Shown: positions 1 through 10,301 of the stretch, one piece after another
Position numbering within the stretch: the stretch's first letter is position 1
Layout: the number at the start of each line of letters is the position of its first letter
NCBI GenBank assembly: GCA_048571215.1
Contig: CP182352.1
Location: 2,496,001 to 2,560,000 of the forward strand
Length of the DNA stretch: 64,000 nt
Reading direction: 5' to 3'
Source: Halarcobacter sp.
Lineage (GTDB): Bacteria > Campylobacterota > Campylobacteria > Campylobacterales > Arcobacteraceae
The notes under the pieces: generated by a model
The model's database searches: none
Told to the model about the DNA's origin: nothing
The model's input: the letters and a program-made list of their open reading frames with translations, nothing else
Program-made: the position numbers and the translations under genes

Positions 1-608
1 ATAATTTTTATTTTCGTAGTTTTGTCTTTATTATAACTTTGTCTATCTAAATAGTTTGAATAAAGACTAAATGAAGTTTTACCTACTTTATTAGAGACAA
101 AAAAATCAACTGCTTTTTTATCTTCTGCCCCAATAATTTGTAAACTTCCTTTTAATGTATTTTGTGATTTTTTAGTTATTATATTAATGACACCTCCCAT
201 TGCATCACTTCCATAAAGTAAACTTGAAGCTCCTTTTAATATCTCAATTCTTTCAATCATACCTGCACTAATTCTTTCAAGTTCAAAGGTTTTTGAAAAC
301 TCTCCATTTACTCGTCTACCATCAATTAAAATCAAGGTATCAGAGTGTTGCATACCCCTTATAGAATAAGTTGTTCCCGAGGGTCTTATATAAATCCCAG
401 CGGTACTATTTAAAATCTCTGTTAAATTACTTGCTCCTGAATTTTCAATCTCTTCAGGACCAATAACTTGTACACTTGTTGTTAAGTTTTTTACACTATT
501 TTGCGTTTTTGTTGCAGTCACCACTACATCTTCTAATCTATTTATATCTTGTGCATATAAATAGATTGAACAAGCTAAACTACAAAGACATATTTTTTGT
601 AAATCCAT
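1..608 (-). CDS. TonB-dependent receptor, N-terminal part (runs off window start)
   Basis: Manual translation from ATG at 608: signal peptide, LEDVVVTATKT, then plug motifs SIRGM..TLILIDGRR and IERIEILKGASSLLYGSDAMGGVINIITKK. Confidence 0.9.
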   Translation of the reverse strand, partial: MDLQKICLCSLACSIYLYAQDINRLEDVVVTATKTQNSVKNLTTSVQVIGPEEIENSGASNLTEILNSTAGIYIRPSGTTYSIRGMQHSDTLILIDGRRVNGEFSKTFELERISAGMIERIEILKGASSLLYGSDAMGGVINIITKKSQNTLKGSLQIIGAEDKKAVDFFVSNKVGKTSFSLYSNYLDRQSYNKDKTTKIKI

Positions 609-622
609 TCTATTTCCTATTA

Positions 623-637
623 TGATTATTATTATCA
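623..637. promoter_or_regulatory. Fur box upstream of TonB-dependent receptor
   Basis: TGATTATTATTATCA, one mismatch to the TGATAAT-N-ATTATCA palindrome, just upstream of the receptor start. Confidence 0.7.
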
Positions 638-702
638 ATATGATAATAGATAATAGTTTAGAAATTGCTTAATATAATTATAACTTATAGTAATATTATA
701 AG

Positions 703-923
703 TTATAGTAATCTAAATACAACAAAGTTCTTAATTAGATGATCTTCACTTGGATTTGATGAATTTTTAGTTTTTCCTATAATATTTATACCTATAACTC
801 CAACTTTTTCACCAGCTATTTCTTTAATTACATTTGGTGTCCAATACCCCTCTAAGATATTTCCTGCTTGGGGGAGACTATATTTGTGGAGATTATAGAA
901 ATTGTATTATCTAATTTATTCAT
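703..923 (-). pseudogene. Frameshifted internal fragment of a 5'-nucleotidase (NadN/UshA-like)
   Basis: Translation across a G5 run (870-874): ..ISIISTNIVS/PQAGNILEGYWTPNVIKEIAGEKVGVIGINIIGKTKNSSNPSED.., resembling the SAN..PY.IKE..GEK.G.IG region of 5'-nucleotidases. Confidence 0.55.
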
Positions 924-981
924 TTTGATAAAACCCTTTAAAATTAAAAAGGGTTCTATCATAACTTTAGTAAGAAAAGTT

Positions 982-3282
982 TTAGTGTTTTATTGCTGTA
1001 ATACCTGTTGACTTACCAATTGTAATCTCTTTATATACAGTATCATCAAGGGGACCAACATGACCAGATTTGCCATATATATAACTTTGTTCATCAACTA
1101 TAACTTTATAGGCTTTGTTTAATTGAATTGCTCTTTGTACTGATGGTAAAATTAAATATGTGATATCATCTGCTATTTTATCAACTTCACTTTGAATTAA
1201 AATGCCATTATTATCAAAAAACTTTGATTTAACCTCTTGATTTCCTCTAAATTCATCACCAGCATTATTTTGTTCTAAATAATATGCATATTCACCTTTT
1301 CCATTTGAAAGAACTCTATCTTTTATACCTGTTAAATCTTTTTGACTCCAGTGATACCATCCATTATTATAACTATTCTCTTTTCTAGGGAAAGCGAAAG
1401 TTGAGTCTGTAATAGCCCCAATACCTGAATGACACCCAATACAAGAAACTGTTTCTTCATAAGTTTGTGGTCTTAAATCACCTTGTGCATCTTCAATAAA
1501 ACCTTGATAAACCCACCCCAGTCCAGTTTGAAGTCCATCTTCAATATTACCAGTAATTGTTTTTAGTCTATCGGGAAAATCATCTTTTTCTTTTATTTCT
1601 GAAAGTGCTGCATTGCTAAGTTGTGAATAATTATTCCAAGTAGTTTTTTTAGCATATCTTAACTCTTTCATTCTATTAGACATTTTTATAGAGCTCTTAT
1701 CTTTTGTAACACCAACATATCTAACAGAGTGCAAAAATTCTGTTCCATCTGGATAAAGACCTGGAGATATATGTAACTCATTTGTTACTAGTTTTTCTTT
1801 TGCTAAACCAACATAATAATTCTTGTAAATCACCTTGGGATAATTTGTTATTGAATCAGGTTTATTCCATTTGAAAACTATTGTTGATGTTTTATCCATA
1901 GTATCATTATGATTTAAATCAACGCCATAATCATTTTCATCAACTTCAAAACCTAAATCAATATCTTCTTTTTTTATCATAGACTCAACTATTGCTAAAT
2001 TTATTTTATAAACCTCTTTTGAAAATCTTCCATCTTTATCTTGCATCAGTGAAGGGCTTAATCTAATCATAACATCATCAGTACTTCCATTTGTAGGCCA
2101 AAATGTACCTAAAAATGGTGAATAAGCAAAAGCTCTCCATCCTGTATAATTTCCATTTTTATCTTTATCAAAACCCTCATCATCAAAATTAAAATAACAA
2201 TCAGGAATAAAGCCATTCCATTTTCCATCTTTTGAACCATCATATGGGAAATCCCATTCTTCTGGAAATGCATATTTTAATCTATTTGCTAAAATAATCT
2301 TTCCATCTTTATTTAGATAATTATTTTCATCAATATAAGTTAATATATCTTCATCACTTATTGCTGAAATTTCAGAGCTTCTATCTTTAAATAGATTTGT
2401 AAATGGATTTGTTTTACTATTATTACTAAAATCATAACTCTCTTGTAAATCCTCATCATTTATATAGTTTGGAACTTCTGAGTTAATGTGACAAGAGTAA
2501 CAAGGGTTATGAATTCTCCCCTTTGAATCTTCAGTTTTTGTATAACATTGAGCAGAGATATAAGTACTCTTTTGATTTATAATAGTTTTTGATGATAAAT
2601 CACCCCCTTTATAAATAGGTAAATTTTCACTTAAAATCTTTTTTGATTTAATCTCTCTAATTGTCTCTTTTTCACTCTCTTCTAAAAACTCTTTTGGAGT
2701 TAAGTTTATATAATCATCTAGATTTACCGCTGTATATTTATTTAAAATATCAACATCATTATTTTTAATTTTATCTATTATCTGGGAACTACTAATATTT
2801 GGGTTAAGCTCTAATTCTTTATATATTAAATTAGTTAATAGTGCAACTTTTTTATTATCAGATGGTAAAAGCAACAAATCAGAAGAGTTTATTGAAAAAA
2901 CTTTTTTAAGATTTTCTAAGTTTTCATCTCTTTTACTTCCAATAATTGTTGAAATTAAAGTTATAGTGTTCCCACTATAGGTTGATAATATCATATCTAA
3001 GTCGATATCATCTGTATTTTTTATTCCATTTCCATCAATATCAATAAAGCCACCTGATACACTTACAGGATATTTTACCTTATCATCAAAAACATATTGA
3101 TTTGTATTAGGTATTTGTTTTGCTACTTGTCCATTATCATCTTTTACTGTTGCATTAACAATTGCACCTCTTTCAACAGTAAATGTTGTAGAAGATGAAC
3201 CACTACCTCCACTACTGCTACCCCCACCACATCCAATTAGAAAAATTGAAATTATTACACCTAATAAAGCTTTTTTAAACAT
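982..3282 (-). CDS. Lipoprotein with two CXXCH haem c motifs (putative di-haem cytochrome c, function unknown)
   Basis: 766 aa ORF; lipobox LIGC followed by a Ser/Gly linker; CYSCH and CIGCH. Confidence 0.75.
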   Translation of the reverse strand: MFKKALLGVIISIFLIGCGGGSSSGGSGSSSTTFTVERGAIVNATVKDDNGQVAKQIPNTNQYVFDDKVKYPVSVSGGFIDIDGNGIKNTDDIDLDMILSTYSGNTITLISTIIGSKRDENLENLKKVFSINSSDLLLLPSDNKKVALLTNLIYKELELNPNISSSQIIDKIKNNDVDILNKYTAVNLDDYINLTPKEFLEESEKETIREIKSKKILSENLPIYKGGDLSSKTIINQKSTYISAQCYTKTEDSKGRIHNPCYSCHINSEVPNYINDEDLQESYDFSNNSKTNPFTNLFKDRSSEISAISDEDILTYIDENNYLNKDGKIILANRLKYAFPEEWDFPYDGSKDGKWNGFIPDCYFNFDDEGFDKDKNGNYTGWRAFAYSPFLGTFWPTNGSTDDVMIRLSPSLMQDKDGRFSKEVYKINLAIVESMIKKEDIDLGFEVDENDYGVDLNHNDTMDKTSTIVFKWNKPDSITNYPKVIYKNYYVGLAKEKLVTNELHISPGLYPDGTEFLHSVRYVGVTKDKSSIKMSNRMKELRYAKKTTWNNYSQLSNAALSEIKEKDDFPDRLKTITGNIEDGLQTGLGWVYQGFIEDAQGDLRPQTYEETVSCIGCHSGIGAITDSTFAFPRKENSYNNGWYHWSQKDLTGIKDRVLSNGKGEYAYYLEQNNAGDEFRGNQEVKSKFFDNNGILIQSEVDKIADDITYLILPSVQRAIQLNKAYKVIVDEQSYIYGKSGHVGPLDDTVYKEITIGKSTGITAIKH

Positions 3283-3317
3283 TTTCGTCCTTTAAAAAAA
3301 TTTAAAAAAACTAAATA

Positions 3318-3343
3318 AAAAAGAAGAGGTTCCCCTCCTCTTT
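3318..3343 (-). terminator. Intrinsic terminator-like hairpin after the PhoX fusion gene
   Basis: AAAAGAAGAGG-ttcc-CCTCCTCTTTT; one G-U pair on the minus strand, followed by a T run. Confidence 0.55.
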
Positions 3344-3349
3344 TATCTT

Positions 3350-6300
3350 TTATTTTATACTTATAGGAGCACCTTTTGTGCTATCCATCTCAATCTCATA
3401 AACAGCAGTTGAACCTGTTCCTTCATATGCTACTAGTAATAATGGTTTACCAGTTGAAGAATTACTTGAATCAACAAACTTCATACCTTCAGGAGAAATA
3501 TCATAATTACTATCCATAATTAAATATTTAACAAATTTTGCAGAAGTAGGAGTTGTGATATCATAAACTACAATTGCACTTTGTCTTTCTAAACCAACAA
3601 AAGCATAAGTTTTTCCATCAATAGTACCTACAGTTAAAGCTTCTGGTTCTACCCCCTTATTACCACTTCTTTTATCCATTTCACCTTCATCTTGGTTAAA
3701 TAAAGTTGGCATAAATTTTGCAGTTAATTTTGATAATTCGTTTTTAGAATCTAAAACTAAAACTCCATTTGAATCCCAAATAGAAAAACTTCTAGCTCCA
3801 AATGTATATAGTTTTTCATATTCTCCATCTAAATTTTTACCCATTTCATTATTAACTTTTAAATCATTATCATCTGCATAGTCTGCTGAAATAGATGGAT
3901 CTAAAGTTAACTTTTTGATTTTTGTTTCATTTGCATAAGCACCATAGTCTCTACCATCACCCTCATTTGCAGTTACTAAATATGTATTACCATCAACAGT
4001 ATATGAGGCAATTGAATCTGGCATATACATACCATATAATTGTGAAAATGTTTTAAGCTCAATCTTACCATTCTCTTGAATATCTATTGCGTTCTCTGGT
4101 TTAGAGTAATCTTTAAAGCCTAAAGCAACTACTGAATCTATTTTAGGAGTAGTTAAATCTACTATTGCAATTGCATTATTTTCTTGTAAAGTTACATAAG
4201 CTTTTGTCCCTGAAACTGTAATATATTCTGGTTCAATATCATTTGCTGCAACTGCTCCTGCTTTAATAACAACATCTTGCGGAATATCAATCCCATCAAA
4301 TGTTAAATCAGTATAAGTTTTTGTTCCAACATTAATAACTCCAACTGAACCTTTTGGGTCATGAGAATAATCACTACTAGGTTCCCCCTCATTAGCAACA
4401 ATTATTAAAGAACCATCTTTATTAAAAGTAACCATATCTGGTAGATATCCAGCATTAACTGTAGTTTGATGAGTTCCATTTGTATCAAAAATAACAACTA
4501 CACCTTTTTGTTGAATACCATTTATAGCTTTATTATACATTGCAACTGCAACCATACCATTTTTTACAGCTACTGAATTAACCCCATCTGCATAAGTAGA
4601 TAGATCAATAGCATTTGAAAAAGTTACACTTCCATCGCTATTTATAGTTGAGATATCTAAAGTATTATCTGCACCATTTGTTGTAAACATTTTTTTTGAT
4701 GCCTTGTCATATGCAACAATTTCAGAACCTGCAGCTTTACTTGTATTATAACTACCAACTTTTTTTATAGATTTAATAGTTGATAAATTTTTAAATGGTC
4801 CAACATAACCAATTACAGATTCTCCTGCATCAGTAGTTGCTTGATCAGGGTGTTGTGTAACAACCGATAAGTACCCAAAACCATTAGCCAAGTTTGTATA
4901 CCAATATGTAGATGTTGTTTCTGCTCCAACAGGACTTGTAAATAGTCTTGTTAATTCATTTGTTTTTGTATTATATGACCATACTACATTGTTTTTATGA
5001 GAACCTGTATCTTCACCAATTGTCAAAATATCAGAGTTTGGTAAATATGTAATATTATCTGGATTTGATATACCATTAACATCACAACTATTTCCTGCAT
5101 ATATTGAATCATCTGCATATTTCATTGGAGTTCCCTCAATGATTGAATACATATTTGAAACTACATAATTAGATGAGATATCATTTGTTGATGTATCTTT
5201 TACTGTAGATTCTGCAAGATCTAAAGCATAAACTGCCCCACATTTATTTGCAGTCAATTTAATATCATTGTTACCACCTAAATCGTATGAAGAATCATCT
5301 TCCATACCCTTTCTAACTTCACTCATAGATACATACAATCTTCCTGAGTTTTTATCAAAAGTAATACCCTCTTCTTTTCTAAACTCAGTTGTTGCACCTA
5401 AGTATGCAGCATATCTTCTTGCCTCTAATCTAGAAGCTGCTTTTTCCATACCAGTTTTTAGTTTTAGACACTCATGTCCTGCACTTGTATTAACTGATTT
5501 ATATCCATCTGAACAAGTTCCATTAGTACCTGTTGCTATATCAAATATATCTGAAAACACAGGAGCATCATTAGTTGTTACATCATTATCTGGATCTAAA
5601 ATTGTTTTAATCTCTGAATCAGTAGCATGCCCTAAATTAATCCATGTCAAATCAGCACTTCCTGCTTTTTCATTTGATGTTTGGTTCCATTTAGCAGCAT
5701 ATAAAGTACCAGCACTTAAATCTGTTGGATTATCTGCAATATACATAAATAGTCCGACATTCGTACCATCATCTGATAGATATACAGTTTTATTATCTGG
5801 CATTACATAAGAGATTTCATGAGAAAATCTACCCATTGAATAGTGTTTAGAATAGTTTGCATTACCTTGTGTATCAATTTTTACTTCAGGAGTCCATCCA
5901 TAATAATATGGAGACATTTTTGTTGCATCCCCACCCCAAAATTTTGCAGTTTCATCGTAATACTTATTCCCAGTTATACCATTAGAATCTACGCTATTTT
6001 CTACTGTTTTTGCATCATTTTCATACTCTTCACTTCCTAGATGAGATTCCCAAGGAGTTTTCATACCTGCACAATGTACAAATCCACCAAATTCATCTTT
6101 TTGAGAGATATATTTTAATGTTCCACTTTTTGGTGTTAATGCACCAGTTGTTGAATCTTGTTCAAGTTCTGTCATATACATTGCACCAATTTGACACTCA
6201 AATTGAGATACCATATATAATTTATCATTTATATTTAAAAATGATGAATAATCAAGTCCAGAACCTACTCCTGAGTTTGTCCCATTACAAATATAATTAC

Positions 6301-7054
6301 TTGAATCATCAAATTGAATTGGTTTATCTTGATAATCTTTTACTAAACCAAAAATCTCACTATTATCAGCATTACCTGTTTTCATAATAGTTGCATAACC
6401 AATTGTTTGTTCAGAACCATTTACATAAGCTTTAGGTGATGCTTGTTGAGTATTCATAGCAACTTCAGTTAATGGAGTTGCTATAGTTTTAAAGCTTATA
6501 TCTAATCTGTTTGCAAACTCTATTTGTTTATCGAAGTTTGATTTAGCAATATTCTCTAAATATTCTTTCTTTTTTGTACTACTCATATTTGTATTAGAAG
6601 AGATTGCTGAGATAACTTTTTCACTAGTAGAAAAATCAACTATAGATTTTGTTTCTGCTTTATATGATGAAGGTATAGTAAGTACATCATTTACTACAGT
6701 ACCACCTGATGCATAAAAATAATCATCCAATGCTTTTCTAGTTACACTACTGTTTGCATCAGCAAGTTTTTGTGTAGATATCTCATTAGAGTTTGGTGTA
6801 ACTTTAAGTTCTAATCCCCCAACATAAAATTTACACTCATCTCCTGCGTTATAATTAAACTCACCAGTAGATGTAGTTTGTTTTAGCCCTTGACCACAAT
6901 TATAATCAATATTTGCAAGATTTGGATTCATACTTAAAATACTAGTACTTGTTCCCGTTGATACAGAACTACTTCCACTACTTCCCCCACAACCACTCAA
7001 TATAACAGTGGCTAACAATGAACATGCGCTTATGCTAAGATATTTCTTATTCAT
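3350..7054 (-). CDS. Lipoprotein: PhoX-family alkaline phosphatase domain fused to a choice-of-anchor I (alkaline phosphatase-like) domain
   Basis: Lipobox LSGC; PhoX motifs CAG..TPW.SHLGSEE, MGRFSHE, NPDN, GAETT, QHP; C-terminal PDMV.F..ANEGEP, EPEYI, MPD, TANEGD.R, RS.NKG.EPE, GLER, SPEG. Confidence 0.85.
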   Translation of the reverse strand: MNKKYLSISACSLLATVILSGCGGSSGSSSVSTGTSTSILSMNPNLANIDYNCGQGLKQTTSTGEFNYNAGDECKFYVGGLELKVTPNSNEISTQKLADANSSVTRKALDDYFYASGGTVVNDVLTIPSSYKAETKSIVDFSTSEKVISAISSNTNMSSTKKKEYLENIAKSNFDKQIEFANRLDISFKTIATPLTEVAMNTQQASPKAYVNGSEQTIGYATIMKTGNADNSEIFGLVKDYQDKPIQFDDSSNYICNGTNSGVGSGLDYSSFLNINDKLYMVSQFECQIGAMYMTELEQDSTTGALTPKSGTLKYISQKDEFGGFVHCAGMKTPWESHLGSEEYENDAKTVENSVDSNGITGNKYYDETAKFWGGDATKMSPYYYGWTPEVKIDTQGNANYSKHYSMGRFSHEISYVMPDNKTVYLSDDGTNVGLFMYIADNPTDLSAGTLYAAKWNQTSNEKAGSADLTWINLGHATDSEIKTILDPDNDVTTNDAPVFSDIFDIATGTNGTCSDGYKSVNTSAGHECLKLKTGMEKAASRLEARRYAAYLGATTEFRKEEGITFDKNSGRLYVSMSEVRKGMEDDSSYDLGGNNDIKLTANKCGAVYALDLAESTVKDTSTNDISSNYVVSNMYSIIEGTPMKYADDSIYAGNSCDVNGISNPDNITYLPNSDILTIGEDTGSHKNNVVWSYNTKTNELTRLFTSPVGAETTSTYWYTNLANGFGYLSVVTQHPDQATTDAGESVIGYVGPFKNLSTIKSIKKVGSYNTSKAAGSEIVAYDKASKKMFTTNGADNTLDISTINSDGSVTFSNAIDLSTYADGVNSVAVKNGMVAVAMYNKAINGIQQKGVVVIFDTNGTHQTTVNAGYLPDMVTFNKDGSLIIVANEGEPSSDYSHDPKGSVGVINVGTKTYTDLTFDGIDIPQDVVIKAGAVAANDIEPEYITVSGTKAYVTLQENNAIAIVDLTTPKIDSVVALGFKDYSKPENAIDIQENGKIELKTFSQLYGMYMPDSIASYTVDGNTYLVTANEGDGRDYGAYANETKIKKLTLDPSISADYADDNDLKVNNEMGKNLDGEYEKLYTFGARSFSIWDSNGVLVLDSKNELSKLTAKFMPTLFNQDEGEMDKRSGNKGVEPEALTVGTIDGKTYAFVGLERQSAIVVYDITTPTSAKFVKYLIMDSNYDISPEGMKFVDSSNSSTGKPLLLVAYEGTGSTAVYEIEMDSTKGAPISIK

Positions 7055-7117
7055 AAACTTACTCCTTTATCATTTTTTATCAAATTTTTATTTACGCACA
7101 AAACTGGACGATTGTGA

Positions 7118-7150
7118 ATTATAGAAAATGAGAATTACAAGTTAATAACA
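7118..7150 (-). promoter_or_regulatory. Pho-box-like direct repeat plus -10 for the phoX-like gene
   Basis: Minus strand reads TGTTA-N6-TGTAA-N11-TATAAT. Confidence 0.55.
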
Positions 7151-7290
7151 TTTATCAATATGGTTACTTACAATTTTGTATAAGTCTTATGTTATTTATT
7201 GCTATATAACTCTTCTAAAAAAAAAATAAATAAGTTTTTATTTTATCTGTGGTTACTCTATTCTTTTTTTTAATTTAAATTTTTTTTATT

Positions 7291-7323
7291 TGTAACTCAT
7301 TTGTAATTTATTTTCCTTAATAT
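7291..7323 (+). promoter_or_regulatory. Pho-box-like direct repeat plus -10 for the olsF-like gene
   Basis: TGTAA-N6-TGTAA-N11-TAATAT, same geometry as the divergent promoter. Confidence 0.55.
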
Positions 7324-7344
7324 TTTATATTCTAAGGAGTAATA

Positions 7345-9057
7345 ATGATAGATGTGCAAAAAGAGATAGAAAAAAAGTTTCCAAAGGTAGCCAAAAATCC
7401 GAACTTTTTAAATCAATCTTTGATAAAACTTGCAAAAAAAGTAGTACACGAAAACTCTATAAATGATTTTTTAAATAAAAATTCTCACCTTAAAGGTTTT
7501 GAATTTGTTGATGCAGTACTTGATTATTTTAATTTTGATTACACTGTATCAAGTAATGACTTGCAAAATATACCAAGTTCTGGAAAAGTTGTAATAATAG
7601 CAAACCATCCACTAGGGGGACTTGATGCCTTATGTTTACTTAAACTTGTAAGTACAGTAAGAAGTGATGTTAGAATTGTAGCAAATGATTTTTTGGTTGG
7701 TATTGATGCCTTAAAATCATTATTTATACCAATAGACAATTATAAAATGAGACAATCAAAAAAAGATATAAAAGCTGTATATGAAGCCTTAAACAATGAA
7801 GAAGCAGTTATATTATTTCCAGCAGGGGAAGTTAGTCGCGCTAGTGCAAAAGGGGTTAAAGACCCAAACTGGAGCAAGGGTTTTTTAAATTTTGCTTTAA
7901 ATTCAAACTCTCCAATACTACCTATATTTATTGGGGGCAAGAACTCAAGAACTTTTTATACAATCTCAGTTTTAAATAAAACCTTTTCAACTCTTTTATT
8001 ATCCCATGAGATGTTTAAGAAAAAATCATCAAATATAAATATAAAAATAGGTGAGATAATCCCAAATGAAAATATCCTTCCAAGGGGTATTGATAAAAAA
8101 TATTTAGTTAATCTATATAGAAAACACCTATACTCTTTGAAAAAAGGAAAAAAATCTTTTTTTGTTACGCAAAAAGCTATTGCTCACCCACAAAAAAAAG
8201 AGGATATTATAAAAGAGTTAAAAAAATCACAACTTATTGGAGAGACAACAGATGGTAAAAAAATATATCTTTATGATTATGTAGAAGACTCAGTTGTTTT
8301 AAAAGAGCTTGGAAGATTAAGGGAGCTAAGTTTTAGAAAAGTTGGTGAAGGTATAAATAAAAAAAGAGATACTGATAAGTATGATATCTACTATCAACAT
8401 ATAATTTTATGGGATGAAAATGATTTAGAGATTGTAGGTTCTTATAGGATAGGAAATGGGGATTATATAAATAAAAATATCGGAATAAAAGGTTTTTATT
8501 CCAATACTTTATTTAAATATTACGATGAATTTAATCCTTATTTAAAAAACTCAATTGAGCTTGGAAGAAGTTTTGTACAACCAAAATACTGGGGAACTAG
8601 AGCTTTAGATTATCTTTGGTATGGTATTGGTGCTTACTTAAAGAATCATCCAGAGATAAAATATATGTTTGGTCCTGTTTCTATCTCTGCTTCATTTCCT
8701 ATTGTGGCAAAAGATATGATGATATATTATTATACACACTATTTTTCAAGCAATAAAAAAATGATAGAATCAAAAATTCCATACCAATACTCATCAAATG
8801 TGCAAGAGATAATAAATCTCTTTACCCTAGATGATAAGAAAAAAGATTTTAAAATCTTAAAATCAAGTTTAAATGGTATGGGAGTTACTGTGCCAACGCT
8901 ATTTAAACAATACTCTGATATTTGTGAAGAGGGTGGTGTTAAATTTTTAAGCTTCAATGTAGACCCAGATTTTTCAGACTGTGTAGATGGATTTATCTTA
9001 GTTGAAGTTGAAAAAATAAAAAGTAGTGCTAGAAAAAGATATATAGATAAAGAATAA
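7345..9057 (+). CDS. Bifunctional acyltransferase (PlsC-like plus GNAT domain), OlsF-like ornithine lipid synthase
   Basis: N-terminal NHPLGGLD and FPAGEVSR; C-terminal LGRLRELSFR.VGEG..D.D.YD, VGSYR, ELGRSFV.P.YW. Confidence 0.8.
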   Translation: MIDVQKEIEKKFPKVAKNPNFLNQSLIKLAKKVVHENSINDFLNKNSHLKGFEFVDAVLDYFNFDYTVSSNDLQNIPSSGKVVIIANHPLGGLDALCLLKLVSTVRSDVRIVANDFLVGIDALKSLFIPIDNYKMRQSKKDIKAVYEALNNEEAVILFPAGEVSRASAKGVKDPNWSKGFLNFALNSNSPILPIFIGGKNSRTFYTISVLNKTFSTLLLSHEMFKKKSSNINIKIGEIIPNENILPRGIDKKYLVNLYRKHLYSLKKGKKSFFVTQKAIAHPQKKEDIIKELKKSQLIGETTDGKKIYLYDYVEDSVVLKELGRLRELSFRKVGEGINKKRDTDKYDIYYQHIILWDENDLEIVGSYRIGNGDYINKNIGIKGFYSNTLFKYYDEFNPYLKNSIELGRSFVQPKYWGTRALDYLWYGIGAYLKNHPEIKYMFGPVSISASFPIVAKDMMIYYYTHYFSSNKKMIESKIPYQYSSNVQEIINLFTLDDKKKDFKILKSSLNGMGVTVPTLFKQYSDICEEGGVKFLSFNVDPDFSDCVDGFILVEVEKIKSSARKRYIDKE

Positions 9058-9062
9058 TTTAT

Positions 9063-9090
9063 GTAAAGTAAAGAAAAATCTTTACTTTAC
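9063..9090. terminator. Bidirectional terminator hairpin between convergent genes
   Basis: GTAAAGTAAAGA-aaaa-TCTTTACTTTAC perfect inverted repeat. Confidence 0.65.
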
Positions 9091-10301
9091 TACTCATACC
9101 TTAAAGCATCAATTGGGTTTAATCTTGCAGCTTTTCTAGCAGGAAAATATCCAAAGATTATCCCAATCAAGGTTGAAAATACAAAAGATATTATTATAAT
9201 TTGAGTATTAATTATAAAAGCTAGTTCCATGAAATGCACGGCTGTATAGCCTATTAACAATCCAAATACAATTCCTACTAATCCACCAAGTGTTGATAAT
9301 ACAATTGATTCAACTAAAAACTGTAATAACACTTCACTCTCCATTGCTCCAATTGCTAATCTAATCCCTATTTCTCTGGTTCTTTCTGTAACAGATACAA
9401 GCATAATATTCATAATACCAATTCCACCAACAAGCAATGAGATAGCTGCTATTGAACCTAAAAGATAAGTTAACATCTTAGTTGTTGAAGTCATTGTAGA
9501 TAATAAATCCTCCATATCTCTAATATAAAAATTATTATCCTCTCCTGGTTTTATTCCTCTTCTTTCTTGCATCAAAAGAGTTATATCTGTTTTTGCTTTT
9601 TCTATATTTTTACTCTTATTTATTGAAATCAAAATAGAATCAATATCTGTATCACCTTGGATTTTTCTTTGAAACATTTTAAGTGGAGTGATAATAATCT
9701 CATCTTGATCTCTACCAAAGGCTGCTGCTCCTTTTGATTCTAAAACACCAATAACTGTACAAGCAAAATTTTGAAGTCTTATTTTAGAACCAATGGGATC
9801 TTGTCCATCAAATAGCTGTTTTACAATAGTAGTTCCTAAAATACAAGAACTTTTACCAAAACTTTGTTCACTTTCATCAAACTCTCTACCACTTTTTAAA
9901 GGCCAATCTTTTATTATAAAATAATCATTACTAGTACCTATAATACTTGTAAAATAACTTTTATTTGAATAAATAGCATTTATACTACTAGCACTTTCTG
10001 CTGCCACTGCTTTTACATTTTGAATTTCACTTTTTATTGCATCTATATCTTCTTGTTTAAAAGCTCTAGCACTATTATCACTTCTTACTTTTCCTCTTCT
10101 TTCTTGACCAACTCTTAAAATTAACATATTTGTTCCAAGCTTTGAAATATCAGCTCTTACTTTTGCAGTTGTTCCATCTCCTATCATCACCATACCAATA
10201 ACCGAAGCAACACCAATAACTATTCCAAGGATTGTCAAAAATGATCTTAATAAATTTCTTCTTATCTCTTTTATCGCTATTAAAAAGGCATTTAACAACA
10301 T
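9090..10301 (-). CDS. MacB-like ABC transporter permease
   Basis: RSFLT.LG..IGV, GGIGIMNIMLVSVTERTREIGIR.AIGA, P.DALRYE. Confidence 0.92.
   Translation of the reverse strand: MLLNAFLIAIKEIRRNLLRSFLTILGIVIGVASVIGMVMIGDGTTAKVRADISKLGTNMLILRVGQERRGKVRSDNSARAFKQEDIDAIKSEIQNVKAVAAESASSINAIYSNKSYFTSIIGTSNDYFIIKDWPLKSGREFDESEQSFGKSSCILGTTIVKQLFDGQDPIGSKIRLQNFACTVIGVLESKGAAAFGRDQDEIIITPLKMFQRKIQGDTDIDSILISINKSKNIEKAKTDITLLMQERRGIKPGEDNNFYIRDMEDLLSTMTSTTKMLTYLLGSIAAISLLVGGIGIMNIMLVSVTERTREIGIRLAIGAMESEVLLQFLVESIVLSTLGGLVGIVFGLLIGYTAVHFMELAFIINTQIIIISFVFSTLIGIIFGYFPARKAARLNPIDALRYE

Noticed and set aside
5268..6387. Plus-strand ORFs inside the PhoX fusion gene
   Set aside because: Antisense shadow frames of a well-supported gene, with no motifs.
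7216..7290. Long A/T homopolymers as phase-variation tracts
   Set aside because: Poly-A/T runs are expected at this AT content, and no long poly-G/C tract is present.
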